Shown one piece after another: positions 1-13,900 of a DNA stretch of 64,000 bases. Position numbers and translations under genes: made by a program. The notes under the pieces were generated by a model that was not told where the DNA came from, did no database searches, and saw only the letters and a program-made list of their open reading frames with translations. The DNA comes from Antedon mediterranea (Eukaryota; Animalia; Echinodermata): NCBI RefSeq assembly GCF_964355755.1, contig NC_092678.1:8386422-8450421 (forward strand). Direction: 5' to 3'. How positions within the stretch are numbered: position 1 is the first letter of the stretch; every line of letters begins with the position of its first letter.

Positions 1-270
1 GTTAAAAACAATATTTTATGTCAACGGTTCAGGAACCAGTTAGGTATAACGGGGAAATTGTCGCGCGAGAACTTGGAGGCCCACCGGGCTTCGTCATCGC
101 TCGAGCAAAAATGTTTTATGAACCACATTATTAATATGTCTGACCGCCTATGTGTATATGATCGCTAAATTATCAGAGGCCATATTTTTGCAAGCTCAAG
201 TTGTTTTGTGGACAATTAAGTTGTATGTTTTTCGGTAAATATCTAGCTGTTAAATTGAAAAACACATTAA

Positions 271-3200
271 GAGCCATTGTCTGTAAAAATCAAAGATTTG
301 GTGGCAGATGTAAAAAAATGGATTTCTCTCAAATTTTTACCATGAATAGACATTTCAATAAAAAGCATATCTACAACATTCATTTTAATTTTTAGCCTCC
401 GTTGCCATGACAACGGTCAATTATCCAAATTTTGATGTTTTTGCCGTTTTTCACAGATTTTCTATAGTGAAAAAGTACAAACTTGTATACTTATTTTAAC
501 CAAAAATACTTACAGTATACAGTTTTTGTTTATACCAGTGTAAACAACATGTATTGAGTTCCATTTAATATAGAAAAAAAAAAAATTACAAAATGGAGTT
601 GGTTGATACCATTATTTTAAAAAGGGGTGTTTTTAAAAAATATTTTTTTTATAAAAGTATACCTCATAAACGTACCTATAACTTCCAAAGTGGTGTTTTT
701 AAATCAATGAGGTTTTTTAATTTGATAGTCAATAGGTTTGTCAACAATAATCACGAAAAAAACACTGGGGTAAATTTCGTACATAGGTTTTGTGTTGCCA
801 GGAAAATACGAAAAATGCAAAAAATATAACAAAATATCAACAAACAAAACACATGAAACACAATTTAAATATGGCTAATCCAATAATAAAATGTATATAT
901 GGCTTTTCATAATGCTACTAGAGTCATACGAATAGTTTAGATAAAATAGGAGAATGTGTTGCCAGGTTTATTTCAATTAATTGCCAGAAAAACAGTATTT
1001 TGCATTGAAATATTTAGTTGATGGAAAATAATGTTAAACTTGGAAATAATTGAGTCAATGGTTTTTATAAATTTTTAAATCTATTTTGTGTAAAGAGATA
1101 CAGAAAGACCTCCCAAAAAATCTGACCTTGTAAATAGGTCATTTGAGGTCAAAAGGGGTCAGAATGCAAAATAGGACAGGTCCCCACTTTACTACAACTA
1201 TTAATATTTGATCAAAATTTACAAGATAGTTCATAACAATTCTCAACAATTTTCATATTTTACCTATAGTGTTACCTTAGCAACCATTTCTATGTGTAAC
1301 TAAGGAAAGTAATTTTTAAAAAAACGTAAAAAATTGCGTTTTTATAAATACAAAGAATTGATTGCATTTGTACATGTTTCTCAATTTTACTTCTACTGCA
1401 TTCCATTAATGACAAACTTGACCTTGTAAATTCATTCATTTTGAGGTCAACATTTTACCATAGTAACTGTTTCTATGCGAAAATTTAAAAAAAATAAGGG
1501 GTTTTTCATAAATAAAAAACATTTTTTCTACATAGTTTTACATTTCTACTTTTTGCCAAATTTACTTTAAATACTGAATCCTAATAATCTCAGAAAGAAA
1601 GTCTTGACGAATCTGAATAAAGGTTAAAAAAAATTACCTTTAGTGTTATCTTAAACCTGTTTACGTAACAAATGATATTAAAAAAAAAATTAAATATGGA
1701 GTTTCATGAAAAAAAAAAAATTTTACATATTGAGGTCAAATGACATCAACATTTTACCTATAGTGTATTGTAGCAACTGTTTCTATACGTAACTAAGTAC
1801 AATATTTTTAATATGGGGTTTCATGACTACAAACAATTGATTACATAGCTTTACTACCTTTTCCCAAATTTACTTATCTACTGAATCCCAGAAAATGTCT
1901 GACCTTGTGAAAGGGTCATTTTTTGGGTCAAGTTATGTCAAAATGTATTATTTATGTTATCTTAGAACCTGTTTCTATGCGTAACTAAGGATAATTGTTT
2001 TGTTAAATACAGTTGAACCTCCCGTAAGTGGCCACCCTCGGGACCTGGAAAAGTGGCCGCTTACGGGCGGTGACCCCTTACGGGAGGTTCTGCCGATAAA
2101 GGGCCAAAATCACTTATTATGGCTATATACGATATTCTTAAAGAAACGAGCCTCTCAATTTTCCAGCTAATTGTAGGCATATTATTATTTATAATCAGGT
2201 GGTTTAGTATTTTTTAGCATTTTCAGACAAATTTTAAAAACTTTTATCATATGAAAAATGGTCGGTCAAAATCTGTCTAGTTTTCTCATCTCTTCACAGT
2301 AATGTTTTTAAAACCTCTTCAAAATAAAGCTAATATATAAAGAAATACAATAAACATGCACCTCTAATTCATAGGTCCATGCAATAAGTATCACATTTTT
2401 CGATTGGCCTCTTACAAAAAAAATCTCATTTTTAGTATAAAGAGGTGCTCGCAGCTGCTTACGGTAAGCACCAAATGCACTAATTAGATAGGAAGAACAA
2501 ACAGGCTTTTCAAAGTGCGTCCGTTAAGGGAGGTGGCCGCTGTAAATAAAATATGGGGTTTTCATGAATAAAAATAATCCCAGAAGAAAGTGCTTACGAA
2601 TATAACCTTGTGAAACGGTAATTTGAAAATGCAAATAAGGCATGCCTGCTAATAATCTACAAATTTAAATTTGTATGAGATAAATATGCAAAATCTAAAG
2701 AATATCTCATTTTTAGTTACCATAGTAACTGTTGCTATGCATAACCAAGGGAAATTAAATAATTATCAGATAATTATTAATTAATAGTTATTACTGAATC
2801 CAACCATCACAGTCAAAAAAATATAGAATTTAAAACCAATATTTAATAATAAAGTGTGATATTTTACATGCTGACCTTAAATGAAATGAAATTTCAAATC
2901 AGGGCTTCAATATTTGTTATGTAGCATTAACATACCTGAGTATATCATTGATTTTGATTGGTTCTATTTTGGGGAGGGGAAAGTGGTGGATCCAGGACTT
3001 TTAAATAGTTAGGTGGTTGAAGGCGAGGGTCTAAAAACTTAACTTTATGTCCTATCTTTTGCATTGCAATTTTTAACTTGGGGTGGGTGGGGGCTTGGAG
3101 AAAAGGGGGAGGTGGTGGGATGGAGGAGTTTGAATCCGTCTATTCATTGGGGTGATAGTAGCGGCAGTGTGGGTGGTGCTTGAATGCATGCATTTGACAC

Positions 3201-4178
3201 TCTATAGTGGATGATCGACCAAAGTGTTGCAGTTTATCTTTTTGTGGTTATAGTCGGGGTGGGGGTGGGGAGGGGTGGTAGTCGAAAGTGGTGGTGGATG
3301 GGCATGTGGGATCTGCTTAGGTTAGCAAATAAAAGAAGTAAACAAATGAAAGAGGAGCTTCAAAATAAGAGAGGAGTAATCTGTTGCAAAGATTAAAATT
3401 CACAACGATCTGATAATTTATTCAAATTTCCAGAGGATATAACCTATAAAATGACATTAAAACTGGGAATTACAGAATCTATAATTAAAAATTAATTTTT
3501 TTTCTCACAACACAACTAGAACTATATAAAACATTAAGAATTTTTCAGACCAATGAGTTTCAAATCAAATAATCAAAGAAAATAAAATGTTTTTACTAAT
3601 ATACCATGTTTTTTTTTTATATAAAAATGCCTATGTTTCTCGCAACACTGCTTGTAGATTTTAAATTTACCCCAGTATTTTATTTTAGAAATCAATTATT
3701 AAACATTAGAACTACCTATTTGTAATAAATCAGCTAAAAAAATACACCACTTTGGGCGTTATGGTGAAGTAAAGTTTAGTTGCATTGAACAATTTAAAAA
3801 AAGTGAAAAACACCCCTTTTTAAATAAATGGTATCTCCCAAAGTATGAAATAAAAAAAAATAAAAAATTTTGAAACAGGTACACAATGCATTGTTATTAT
3901 GCATACACTAATTATTTTTTATAATTAAATGAACAACACAAAAATATCGTTCATCAAAGTAGTGCCAATATCCATTTTAAAAAACCTTAAAAAAGGACAA
4001 AATTTGTCAAAAACATAAATTTGGCCGTTGCCATGGAAATATACGTGTGAAATAAAAAATACTTCATATTTGATTTCTCTCAACACATATATAGCCATGT
4101 GCAAAATTTGAAAGAAATCCATTTTTTTTAGTCTGCCACTTTTTTTGATATTTCTTTGATTCTTACAGACAATGGCTC
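271..4178. mobile_element. Non-autonomous Kolobok-like DNA transposon with long imperfect TIRs
   Basis: TTAA at 267-270 and 4179-4182 flanks GAGCCATTGTCTGTAA(A/G)AATCAAAGA inverted termini. Patchy inverted similarity extends ~600 bp inward. No transposase ORF. TTAA TSD with RR...YY ends fits Kolobok. Confidence 0.75.
2010..2542. mobile_element. Tc1/pogo-type MITE nested in the Kolobok-like element
   Basis: TA|CAGTTGAACCTCCCGTAAGTGGCCACC ... AAGGGAGGTGGCCGCTG|TA, with internal CTTACGGG repeats; right end degenerate. Confidence 0.55.
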
Positions 4179-4304
4179 TTAAGTGCACTGTAACAAGAGG
4201 TTCCCATGACACTTCTGCATTGTACCAGTGGCCCATGGTTTCCTTTCGGGCTATTTGCCAAATTTTAAATAAATTGCAAGAACTCCGAAAAATGTCAACC
4301 ATAA

Positions 4305-4720
4305 AGCTTGGTTCCCACTTTGAACGTAACACCATGTCATGCGCAGCGCTTAAGCTCCGTTTACAGTTGGACGCAACGAAATGACAGCCGCAACGCAAAT
4401 AGTTTGACAAATTATTACAAGCGACAAATTGGAAGACTCATCCCGTCATCATTGGTCAAATTACTAAAATTACGCAACACAACGACAGGCGCAACGCAAA
4501 TGATTTGACCAAGCATCAGTTCGGACGATCTATCGTGTCGTCATTATTGGATCCCATTACTTATCTTGGTTCCCACTAGGACGCACGACGGATGCGCAAC
4601 GCAAATGATTCGACAAAACATAAGCGACAGATTGGACGATTTATCGCGTCTTCCCATTTGGACGCAACGCAACGATGGATGTACGACGCAGATGATTTGA
4701 TCAATCACAAATGACTAACG
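4305..4720. repeat. Cluster of decayed short palindromic MITEs (GCTTGGTTCCCACTAG...GACGCAACGC family)
   Basis: Same family recurs at ~10445-10546, ~11400-11542 and ~20650-20720; TWA-like flanks suggest PIF/Harbinger type. Confidence 0.55.
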
Positions 4721-4847
4721 GTGGGCTTACGTCCGTTACCAAATTCGAACAAACAGACTTTATTGATTCTACTTTCCTTTATGAACACTTTCATAAATAT
4801 ACACGTAACAGCCCATTACATTAAAAATTAAGTTCTCTCCTACATAC

Positions 4848-4912
4848 CTCCGTTATTCTACTTTGCCACTCTTCCGTTGATTTTTCTTTGATATACTCAT
4901 CCGATTGGTTAC
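4848..4912 (-). CDS. SLC23A: SLC23A-like exon (GNQSDEYIKEKSTEEWQSRITE)
   Basis: ttcag|...|gtatgt, phase 1 to 0; equivalent of the vertebrate W-x-P-R-I-R-E segment. Confidence 0.88.
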
Positions 4913-7900
4913 CTGAATTCGATAAAATAATTTTAGTTTCGATTAAGACTAACATATTTCGAACCATAGAGTAAAGTTAGTTAAGATCATGGAACTGCTG
5001 ACTCTTCCAGTTACAGTACTCGTATTACTTTAGCAGTCCCTGACCAATTTCATATTTGTACATTGTATATTATGTTTTGTTGGTCGAATAAATAAATGAA
5101 ATGAAAAGAATATTCTTTACTCCATGTTCGAACAGGTACAGAGTGCAACTGAATTCAAAATAAACTTTAAACGAACTGCACTATTATATAAATAATAATG
5201 AATGTTGGTTGAATAGTAAGAATATTTTATGTATTGAAAGATGGAATCTCTACGTATAATATATAATATTTATAACTCGACTCCGCCCAGTTAACAATAT
5301 GGAATATTCTCATCTTTTTTTATGTTTTGCGGACAATGTTTTAAATACTTTATTTTTTAATAATGAAAAATGACATTCATGACATAAAATTGTTGGAACA
5401 ACACGGGTTGGATATTTTAACGGTTTCTATTTGTATTTTTCAAATCATATCTTGCCTACCGTATCCATCATAAATAACTTGACAATCTTCTCTTAAAGTC
5501 ATTATAGCAAACGTAGGTGTCAAAAAGGCGAAAGTGCAACCTTGCACAATAGGTAATCTAGGGAGATAAAGACAATCATAGAAGACACAACATTTTATTC
5601 ATATTACTTAAACAAAATAATAATAGAGAAACTAAAAAGAACACCGCCAGGGCGCGAAGCTCATAATATTTGTTTGCTGAAATTTGAATTTGACCTAACA
5701 CAGCGATCTAGCCTAAATAACTATTTTGCCAATAAGTGCACTATTCGAGATTGGCCACGCCCATCATGATTTATAAGAGAACCTACAGTTTCCAAGGCAT
5801 GGGAGACATTTAAGACTATTTAGAGGCGCCACAAACCATAGCTACAATCGGTACAGGTTTAAGACACTCCACGACTATTGTTGATATTAGTGTTGGTGGA
5901 GGAACAAGTCTTCTCGAATATGGACTCGAGGACCACCGGTGTACACCCCTGGCTCGCGTGTACCTCAAAGAACCCTGCAGTTCATCATTCGGGAGAATAT
6001 GGGTGGTGTAGTGGGACCTCTGAGACGGGCCAGTCGTAATTTGGTGGCAGCTATAGTAAGTAGCTTTACGGCATGAAGGGGGACCCTTAATTAGGAAGCT
6101 TGTTCTATGTGTCGGTCCACATCTGTGCGCAATTCAGCTCAGTATCTGTGAGATGCAACCTAATCGTTATTTATTTATTTATTACTGTTTACACCTCATT
6201 CTTCTTAATTCGTCCTCAAGGACCCACGGAAGCCACATTGCACCGCCTCCATGAACGACATGAGATGAGATGGACCTGTACACCGGTGTAACCCCTACTT
6301 TCCGAAATATACAATGGAGTATTTATAAAGTGCACACGAACCAGATGTGTGCCTTTACCGCTTGGCCACCCGACTCGACAATAATAATGATTTTACTGAC
6401 ATTTTTAAACATACATACATATTTATTTTAAATATATATTTAATATAGAAATGTGCTCAGTTTTGTTGATCTATACCGAAATTACTGCCCTGCAAAAAAA
6501 TATAGTATAATTACAATATTATTCGCAAACTTATACAAAAAGACAAATTTGGAACCAATAGGGAAAACAATAAATAAATGTATATAAATAATTAATCACA
6601 ATAAATCATATTTATGAGCGGCAATATGGTACCGGCAATTGTAACCCATTATGGCTCATGGTAGAGTTTCTGTAAAGTCAAGGACTTTATACCTGCTATG
6701 GGCAATATACTAGCGAACTAACAGTAAACTGCAAACCGCGTTACTTGTCCCAGCCGTCCAATAGACACAGATTCTACGTGGGACAAGCTACGCGGGTTTC
6801 CGCGTACCATTACTACTCGTCTGTGTAAATTGGCCCTTGTAAGACCTTGGTATATAGTAATTTTAAAGATAGAAAACAAAATTATAGGAAACAAATAAAA
6901 TTAAAACATAATTTTTTATATTTTGAGATTCAATATGATACTGATTCTGTCCTCTGCCTTCATTGGCTAAATTTTCTGAAGGTCAAGTCTGGTATAGGCC
7001 TATGTAAACCTTGGTTTGCAAACTTGAGTATCTATATATAAATTTACGTAAGGGAAAAATTCGGTAAATCGCGCGTTATTTCTAGAATGTTTACTCGATG
7101 GTATATAAAGTTGGTTCGTACTTTCGATACTGATATTAACCACCTGATGTAACCCTGTTTACTAATTAAATTGAGTTCGATAATTAGTTATTGACATTTA
7201 AAACGAATTTAGGTTCAACGATTTGCCCAAAATAGGGGTGTTTTCTGATCGTGGTATACACTGTCCATCTTGAAAAATACCCGCATACAATATTAAATAC
7301 AAGGATGATTCGCATTTTCCTATCTCCTCCTACGATAATTAATTTTAATGGCTGAAAACCGGTTGAACAGCTCTAGTACAGTATCATATAATGTTGAAGA
7401 CAGGCCGATTTTCTTTAAAAAATACTATTTGATAGATTTAATATACGTTTATACAAATGTATTGATTTGCGATTTCCAATCTCTCAGACTCCCAGTTTGT
7501 AGGTAAATTTATGACCCCTTGGTTTAACACAAGTAGGTAAATTTATGGGCCCCTGGAGAATAAACTTACAACTGAGATTAGTAGTATTGTAAATAGGTAT
7601 TAACCATTTTTGGTCGCCATTTGAATCGAAATTTTCTTACTGTGAATGTGGTTACTGTTAGGTATATAAACAAATATACAAAGAACATTTATTACTGTGA
7701 CTGTGGGTAGGCTCTACTGTTGGATATATAAACACATATAAAAATACATATACAAATAAAAACTTTATTACTGACAGTTTCTTCTTAACGTTTGTATTAA
7801 TTAATAATTATACAAAATATAAACGTCGTAGTGGTGTATCGTTTAAAACAATATTTCGTTACTGAGTGGATAAAGAATATATTTTTGTTCTTCCCATCCT

Positions 7901-10900
7901 CTTCCCCATCCCTCAACTCTAATGTTATATACAAAACACAAATTGGGTTTGTTTAAGAGTTCAAATAAAAAAATTTCTCCTTCGGAAGTAGGCCTAATTC
8001 TATAGTGCTAATTTTATTTGACCAAATTAATCATCGTGTCTATTTATTTGTTTCTGAAAACGACAATGTATTTATAGTCCTGCGGTACGTACATTTGAAA
8101 TCGCCATTTTTTTTACGCTGAAATTACTGTGTATTCGAGAACCATCTGTGGACATGACCTAGATGGTACGCGAGCGAAGCGAGTAGTACACTACTAAACC
8201 TCGGTTTGCAAACTTGAGTATAACATTAAACGTGAGTATAAGTCTAAACTAGTAAACCTCGGTTTGCAAACTTGAGTATAACAGTATAGCTTGAGTATAA
8301 CTATATTCTACACAAGTAAACCTCGGTTTGCATTGAGTATAACATTAAACGTGAGTATAAGTCTAAACTAGTAAACCTTGGTTTGCAAACTTGAATATAA
8401 CCGTATAACTTGAGTATAACTATAGTCTACACTATTAAACCTCGGTTTGCAAACTTGAGTATATCAGTATAATTTGAGTATAACTATAGTATACACTATA
8501 GTAAAACTCGGTTTGCATTGAGTATAACAGTATAACTTGAGTATAACTATAGTCTACACACTAATAAACCTCGGTTTGCATTGAGTATAACAGTATAACT
8601 TGAGTATAACTATAGTCTACACACTAATAAACCTCGGTTTGCATTGAGTATAACAGTATAACTTGAGTATAACTATAGTATACACTATAGTAAAACTCGG
8701 TATGCATTGAGTACAACAGTATAACTTGAGTATAACTATAGTCTACACACTAATAAACCTCGGTTTGCATTGAGTATAAAACAGTAAACGTTAGTAAGTC
8801 TACACTAGTAAACCTTGGTTTGCAAACTTGAGGGAACTTGAGTATAACAAAAGTCTACACACTAGTGAACCTCGGTTTGCATTGAGTATAAAAGTAAACT
8901 TTAGTATAAGTCTACACTAGTGAACATTGGTTTGCAAACTTGAGTATAACATAACTTGAGTATAACTATAGTCTACACACTAGTGAACCTCGGTTTGCAT
9001 TGAGTAGGCCTATAACTAGTTAACTTGCTGAGTATAACTAGTCTACACTAAGTAAACACTGGTTTGCTGCTCGAGCAAATTCAGTGTTTGGAAAGAAACA
9101 TTTAGTCTAGGACAAAAATCTGAAAAGATGCTTAGAAATCAAGTTAGGGGGAGCGGAATGTTAAAGGCTGTCAACATAGCCAGATATCCTAATTAAACCC
9201 TTCTGATCACTCTAATCCCTGTTGATACTTAATTTTTTGCCTCGTCTTGAAATGGCGGCCATTTTTGTATAAAATGTGGATAAAATCAGATCTAAATAAG
9301 GTAGATACACAATCTTGGTGTCTAAATATATCTGGCTATGTTGACAGCCTCTAACATTCCACTCCCCCTAACTCATTTTTTTTTTCACATTTTTTGCCTA
9401 GACTAATTTGCTAGTGTAGACAGTTGACAAATTTAAGAAATTAGTTTTGCACAAGTTATTGCATGATTCCGGAAGGAAGTCAAAGCAATAATAGAATGCA
9501 AATTAAACTCCCAAAGAAAATACGTTTTATTACCCAAGTCTCGAGAAAACACGAGTTTTGTTTTGTTGTAACATTGATACGGGAAGCGATTTGGAAAATA
9601 GAAATGTAGTCTGGCAAAACAGCGTTTATATAATGCTGTTATATATGCACACTGACTATATAGAAAGAGTTCTGCACTCTTGATATATAAATATCGTATC
9701 TAAAATGGTCGACGTTTAGCACTGTTTGTGGTTCCTTTCTCAAAATTGATATGTACAATATATATATATTTTTTGACATTGCAATTGACAACAACAATGA
9801 ATTACATTTTTATTTATCCGAACAATACGTTGTGCCTATAATTGATTTTGATGTATAATGTAGATTATTTTCACACAGGATGTGAAAATGTTGCGTCGAC
9901 AAAAGGCGCTGAGTCGTACAGTTTCTGAAATATGGCCTTTTAAAAATAGTTTAATAGTTTAAGTTACAGTAATTGGAGAGTGGTGGGGTAAAATTTGGCA
10001 TAACGATCGGACGGGGAGGAGATAGAGTCATGAGTGGATACGTATACGTAAGAAACGCCATGTGTGCCAAATTAGATATTCAACTTACCTAATTCCAATC
10101 GTTGTTTGTATAAGAGTTACTAAACCAGATACAAAGAAAGTTGTGCCGATAATCTCACTCTGGGCTACCAGATCGCGTTCCAAACAAAACGCGGGAAAAA
10201 GTACCAACGGGACAGCTAACGTTGAACCAAACATGGTAAGGAAATGCTATTAAAGACATATAAATAATATTAGAAAGTTACAGTAATGTATATTATTTTC
10301 CTCCTTTAATCTAAGATACAATGCCATCATGTTTTTAACAAAGAATTATCAATGCAATCAAATTAACATTTTAACAAGTTTTTCATTTACGAATGTAAAT
10401 ACTGGGTATGAGGATGAGATAAGTGGTTTGAAGCATTATAAGATGTGGTTCCCACAAGGCCGGACGTAGACGCTACGCAGCGAGATGACTAATGACTTGC
10501 GTTGTTGCGCCTACGTCTTTGCTTTCCTCCATAGTGGGAACCAAGCATTAATTTCCATGATGTTAATACCCGATTCTCCAGTGCTGTATAATATTCGCCC
10601 AGTATCGGGAATATTTGGTAAAATATGTAAGGCTAGGTTAAGGGTTAAGTTATGATATACGATACAGGTAATAGGAGAAACGTATTGAATTACCAAATAT
10701 TCCTACATTATGGTACTGATTTTGGCTCTGACGCTTCACATGCACCCAATGCCAGTTTAGCTTCGTTTTGAGCTGCAAAAGGATCAATGCTCCTAGTACC
10801 AAGATAATGGAAAAATCTAGATAGACCTACAGTACCGAGAAAGCCCAGTGGAAAGCAGTGATATTGATGACCAATCTGGGCTTCTCTCTCTAAAGAAGAA

Positions 10901-13900
10901 GAACGAATCGGGTGACGTTAAGAGTGGGATTGGCTCATCCTCATTTTGTGTATTTCATTTTCTAACCGGACGTGGCTACAGAGGCGAGGAATGTTGGTAG
11001 CGAGTTATATTTTTAAAAGAATATCTTATTAGTGAAGATCAAAGACTTACTTGAAAGGCCAGGAAGAACGTTAAGTGAATAGGCGGACGGTCTTCAATCC
11101 CGTATGTCATGTTGCCTGGGGACTGGTCACGTGGGGTTGGCTCCTCATCCTCATTTAGATTCTGTGTTTCGGGTTCTTTTGAAAAATTAACCTTTTGATG
11201 ATAAAAAACATTTGTTAATTCTTTAGAAACAAATGGCTGATCATAACTTCTGCTGTATATTGGTCAGTGGATTTTCACGCTTGGCATATAGTGCAGTCAG
11301 TGGGCATGGGCTAAATGGTGGTAGTCTCATTGAAAACTCTGTTTTAGTTCAAGCTTAGTTATTTACCCGGGTATATTGAGGACCTATCCACCAAAGTTAA
11401 GCTTGGTTCCCACTAGGACGCAACGCAAGAAGGACCTAGACGCAATGCAAGCGAGTTGACCAATGACAAGCGACAGTTCGAATAATTTATATCGCTTGTG
11501 ATTGGATAAATCCCTTACGTTGCGTTTCTAGTGGACACCACGCAAAAGCAACAACTCTGCCCCCGCTTTGCCCATGCAAACAAACTTACCCAGCTAAATA
11601 ACTAAGCCTGATCTGAACTGGATAAAAGAAAATATTACTGATTATTTGAATATTAAATACGATGGCCGATCCTTTTGATTGACCGAGTAACGAGTTCACT
11701 TCGGCGTACGTATTTTTTCTACAGTAGTAACCCTACCCTAACCCAATAAAGTGTCTCCTTCTGGTTGATTGCCCATTATCTTACCACCTAAATAGGGGTT
11801 CCACTGTAATACAACTGGTTAGTGTGGGGTAATCAGCCGAAACAGCACAATTTTGAAATGAATATAAACAAGTATTTTCTCCAATAATCTTAACACTTTA
11901 TTTACATTTTATTTAGACCAAACAATTAGAATATTAAGTGAGTTTGATGCCTTTAGTTTGACCCATCATCTAATAGAGGAAATTGATCCGGAAGTGTTTT
12001 TTTTAAATCTAAAAAACGTGTTCTTCCACATGGTTGTGACATATTTGATTAATATCAATATTAATCAAATACCAATTGGTAATTTCCTCTTTCGTTGCAA
12101 ATAACGATTCATAATCTCAATTGAAACGTATGACAAGCCCATAGAATGTATTTACAGTCACGTAGGCCTACTCATAGATATACAAGATGTAGGGAGATAC
12201 TTCACTTGGGCCTGGCACTGAAATTTAGGTGATGGATAGGCCTTAAGGCCTATAATAAACGATAGCGATTGTTTCACCTTCAGTCATCTACATACGAGTC
12301 AAGTCAATGTATTCAAAATGAAGGCAAATATAGTGTTTCATCCATATTTCCTTGACCTAATGATATCGTTGTTGAAATACCGTTGTAAATCCAAATGTTC
12401 TTTCAGTTGAACCCGTATAAGGGGATACCCTCGAGACACAACGGTGTAGCTGTCCCTTATTGCCGTACCGTATCGTAGAGTGTTAAACATTTCCCTTTTT
12501 TAAATTGCCTTGTTATACGCCCCTATTATGAAAAATGTTCTGTATCCGTACCGTTACGTGTACAATGGCACGAACGAAGGGCGTAGGTTCCGTGGATGTT
12601 TGAACCACGCTATTATTTTATTAATTACATAATACTCAAACCACAATGAGTTCCTCTACCAATAAATTAAACTCATTTCCTCTTCCGCTAACCTCTAGTG
12701 AACTTGAGGTAGACCTATAACTACAATGTATTGTTATGTCGAAGTCTTCATTAGCATTTTATGATTGGTAAAAATCATAATTGTAGGCGGCATATCTCGT
12801 TTATCTCTGATGCCCAGTTTGATCGCAATTTCTATGTAATGTTCACTGGATTTGGTTTGGCATAGCGAGTGGGCTAATGATGGTATATTCTCTGTCTATA
12901 CACCATCGAACTAGTTGGACAAAGAAAGTGTAACGTGCCCAAATATGGTAGTAATATGACGTCATTGTGTCCATATATAGGCACATTACATAAAGTTTGA
13001 TAGTGACATAGCTTTATGCGTGACTGACAGAGTACAGATATCACTACGGTTCGAATCCCATCGTCGCTCTCCGTGTGTTCCGACTAGCGAGTTTGAAACG
13101 TAGTTCATCATGTGTACGTTATAGAACGCAGTACGCAATACACTCTCTTTTTTAAGAGAGTGGGGGATCCCGGTGTACTGCCACACCTGAAAAAAATAAC
13201 TTAGTGGGTTATCGTTAATGTGCAGCACCCAAAATAGTATGTTATTACTGTTTAGCGTATTGTAAAGTAGAGAATGCCTCCACGTTCTGTTTTAAACCGC
13301 CTTCTTGGGTAGGCCTAATATAATGTTTGGTAAGTCATGAGACAAATATTTGAAGCACAGTTTATTTATTATTTTTTCCCATTTTTTTCTTTTATTACTA
13401 AAATATATTCATTTCATAATGATATTTCACACTCTTGATATCGTAACATATTCATTAACATGTTTATTTTTTAGCATATTAATATTGGTCATCACTATAA
13501 TAGACTGACTGACGGATGACAGAGTGTGAACCCATTGAGGTATTTATTGCATTTATACCCCTGGTGAACCCCGGCCAAAGTGACCTAGCTAATTAGTTTA
13601 TATTGGAAATAGTTTATCAAATAGATAAATTCAATCTGCAGACTGGCTCAAATATACTATATTGATATTCAAGCATAATTATATACAATTTAGTAAAATA
13701 ATTAGTAATTACTTCTTGCAGAAGAGACTTGAGGAGAACATATTGAAACAATTTAAGTTTTAAAAATAATTTTGTAAGCCTACCAGACCGTGACGAGGCT
13801 TGGTCTGCGAGGAATTAGTTCAGGAATTTTAAACAAAACAGTGATTTATTTGCTCAGTAACCGAAGATTACAGAAACTTCTGTTTGAGTTTGGGGCATAA

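Noticed and set aside
201-395. ORFs sharing LRAIVCKNQR (201-395 and 3925-4410)
   Set aside because: Both read through the Kolobok-like TIR
8191-9066. CRISPR-like array appearance (also 26105-26760 and 31120-31275)
   Set aside because: Intervening sequences are homologous repeat parts, not unique spacers; eukaryotic context; no cas genes
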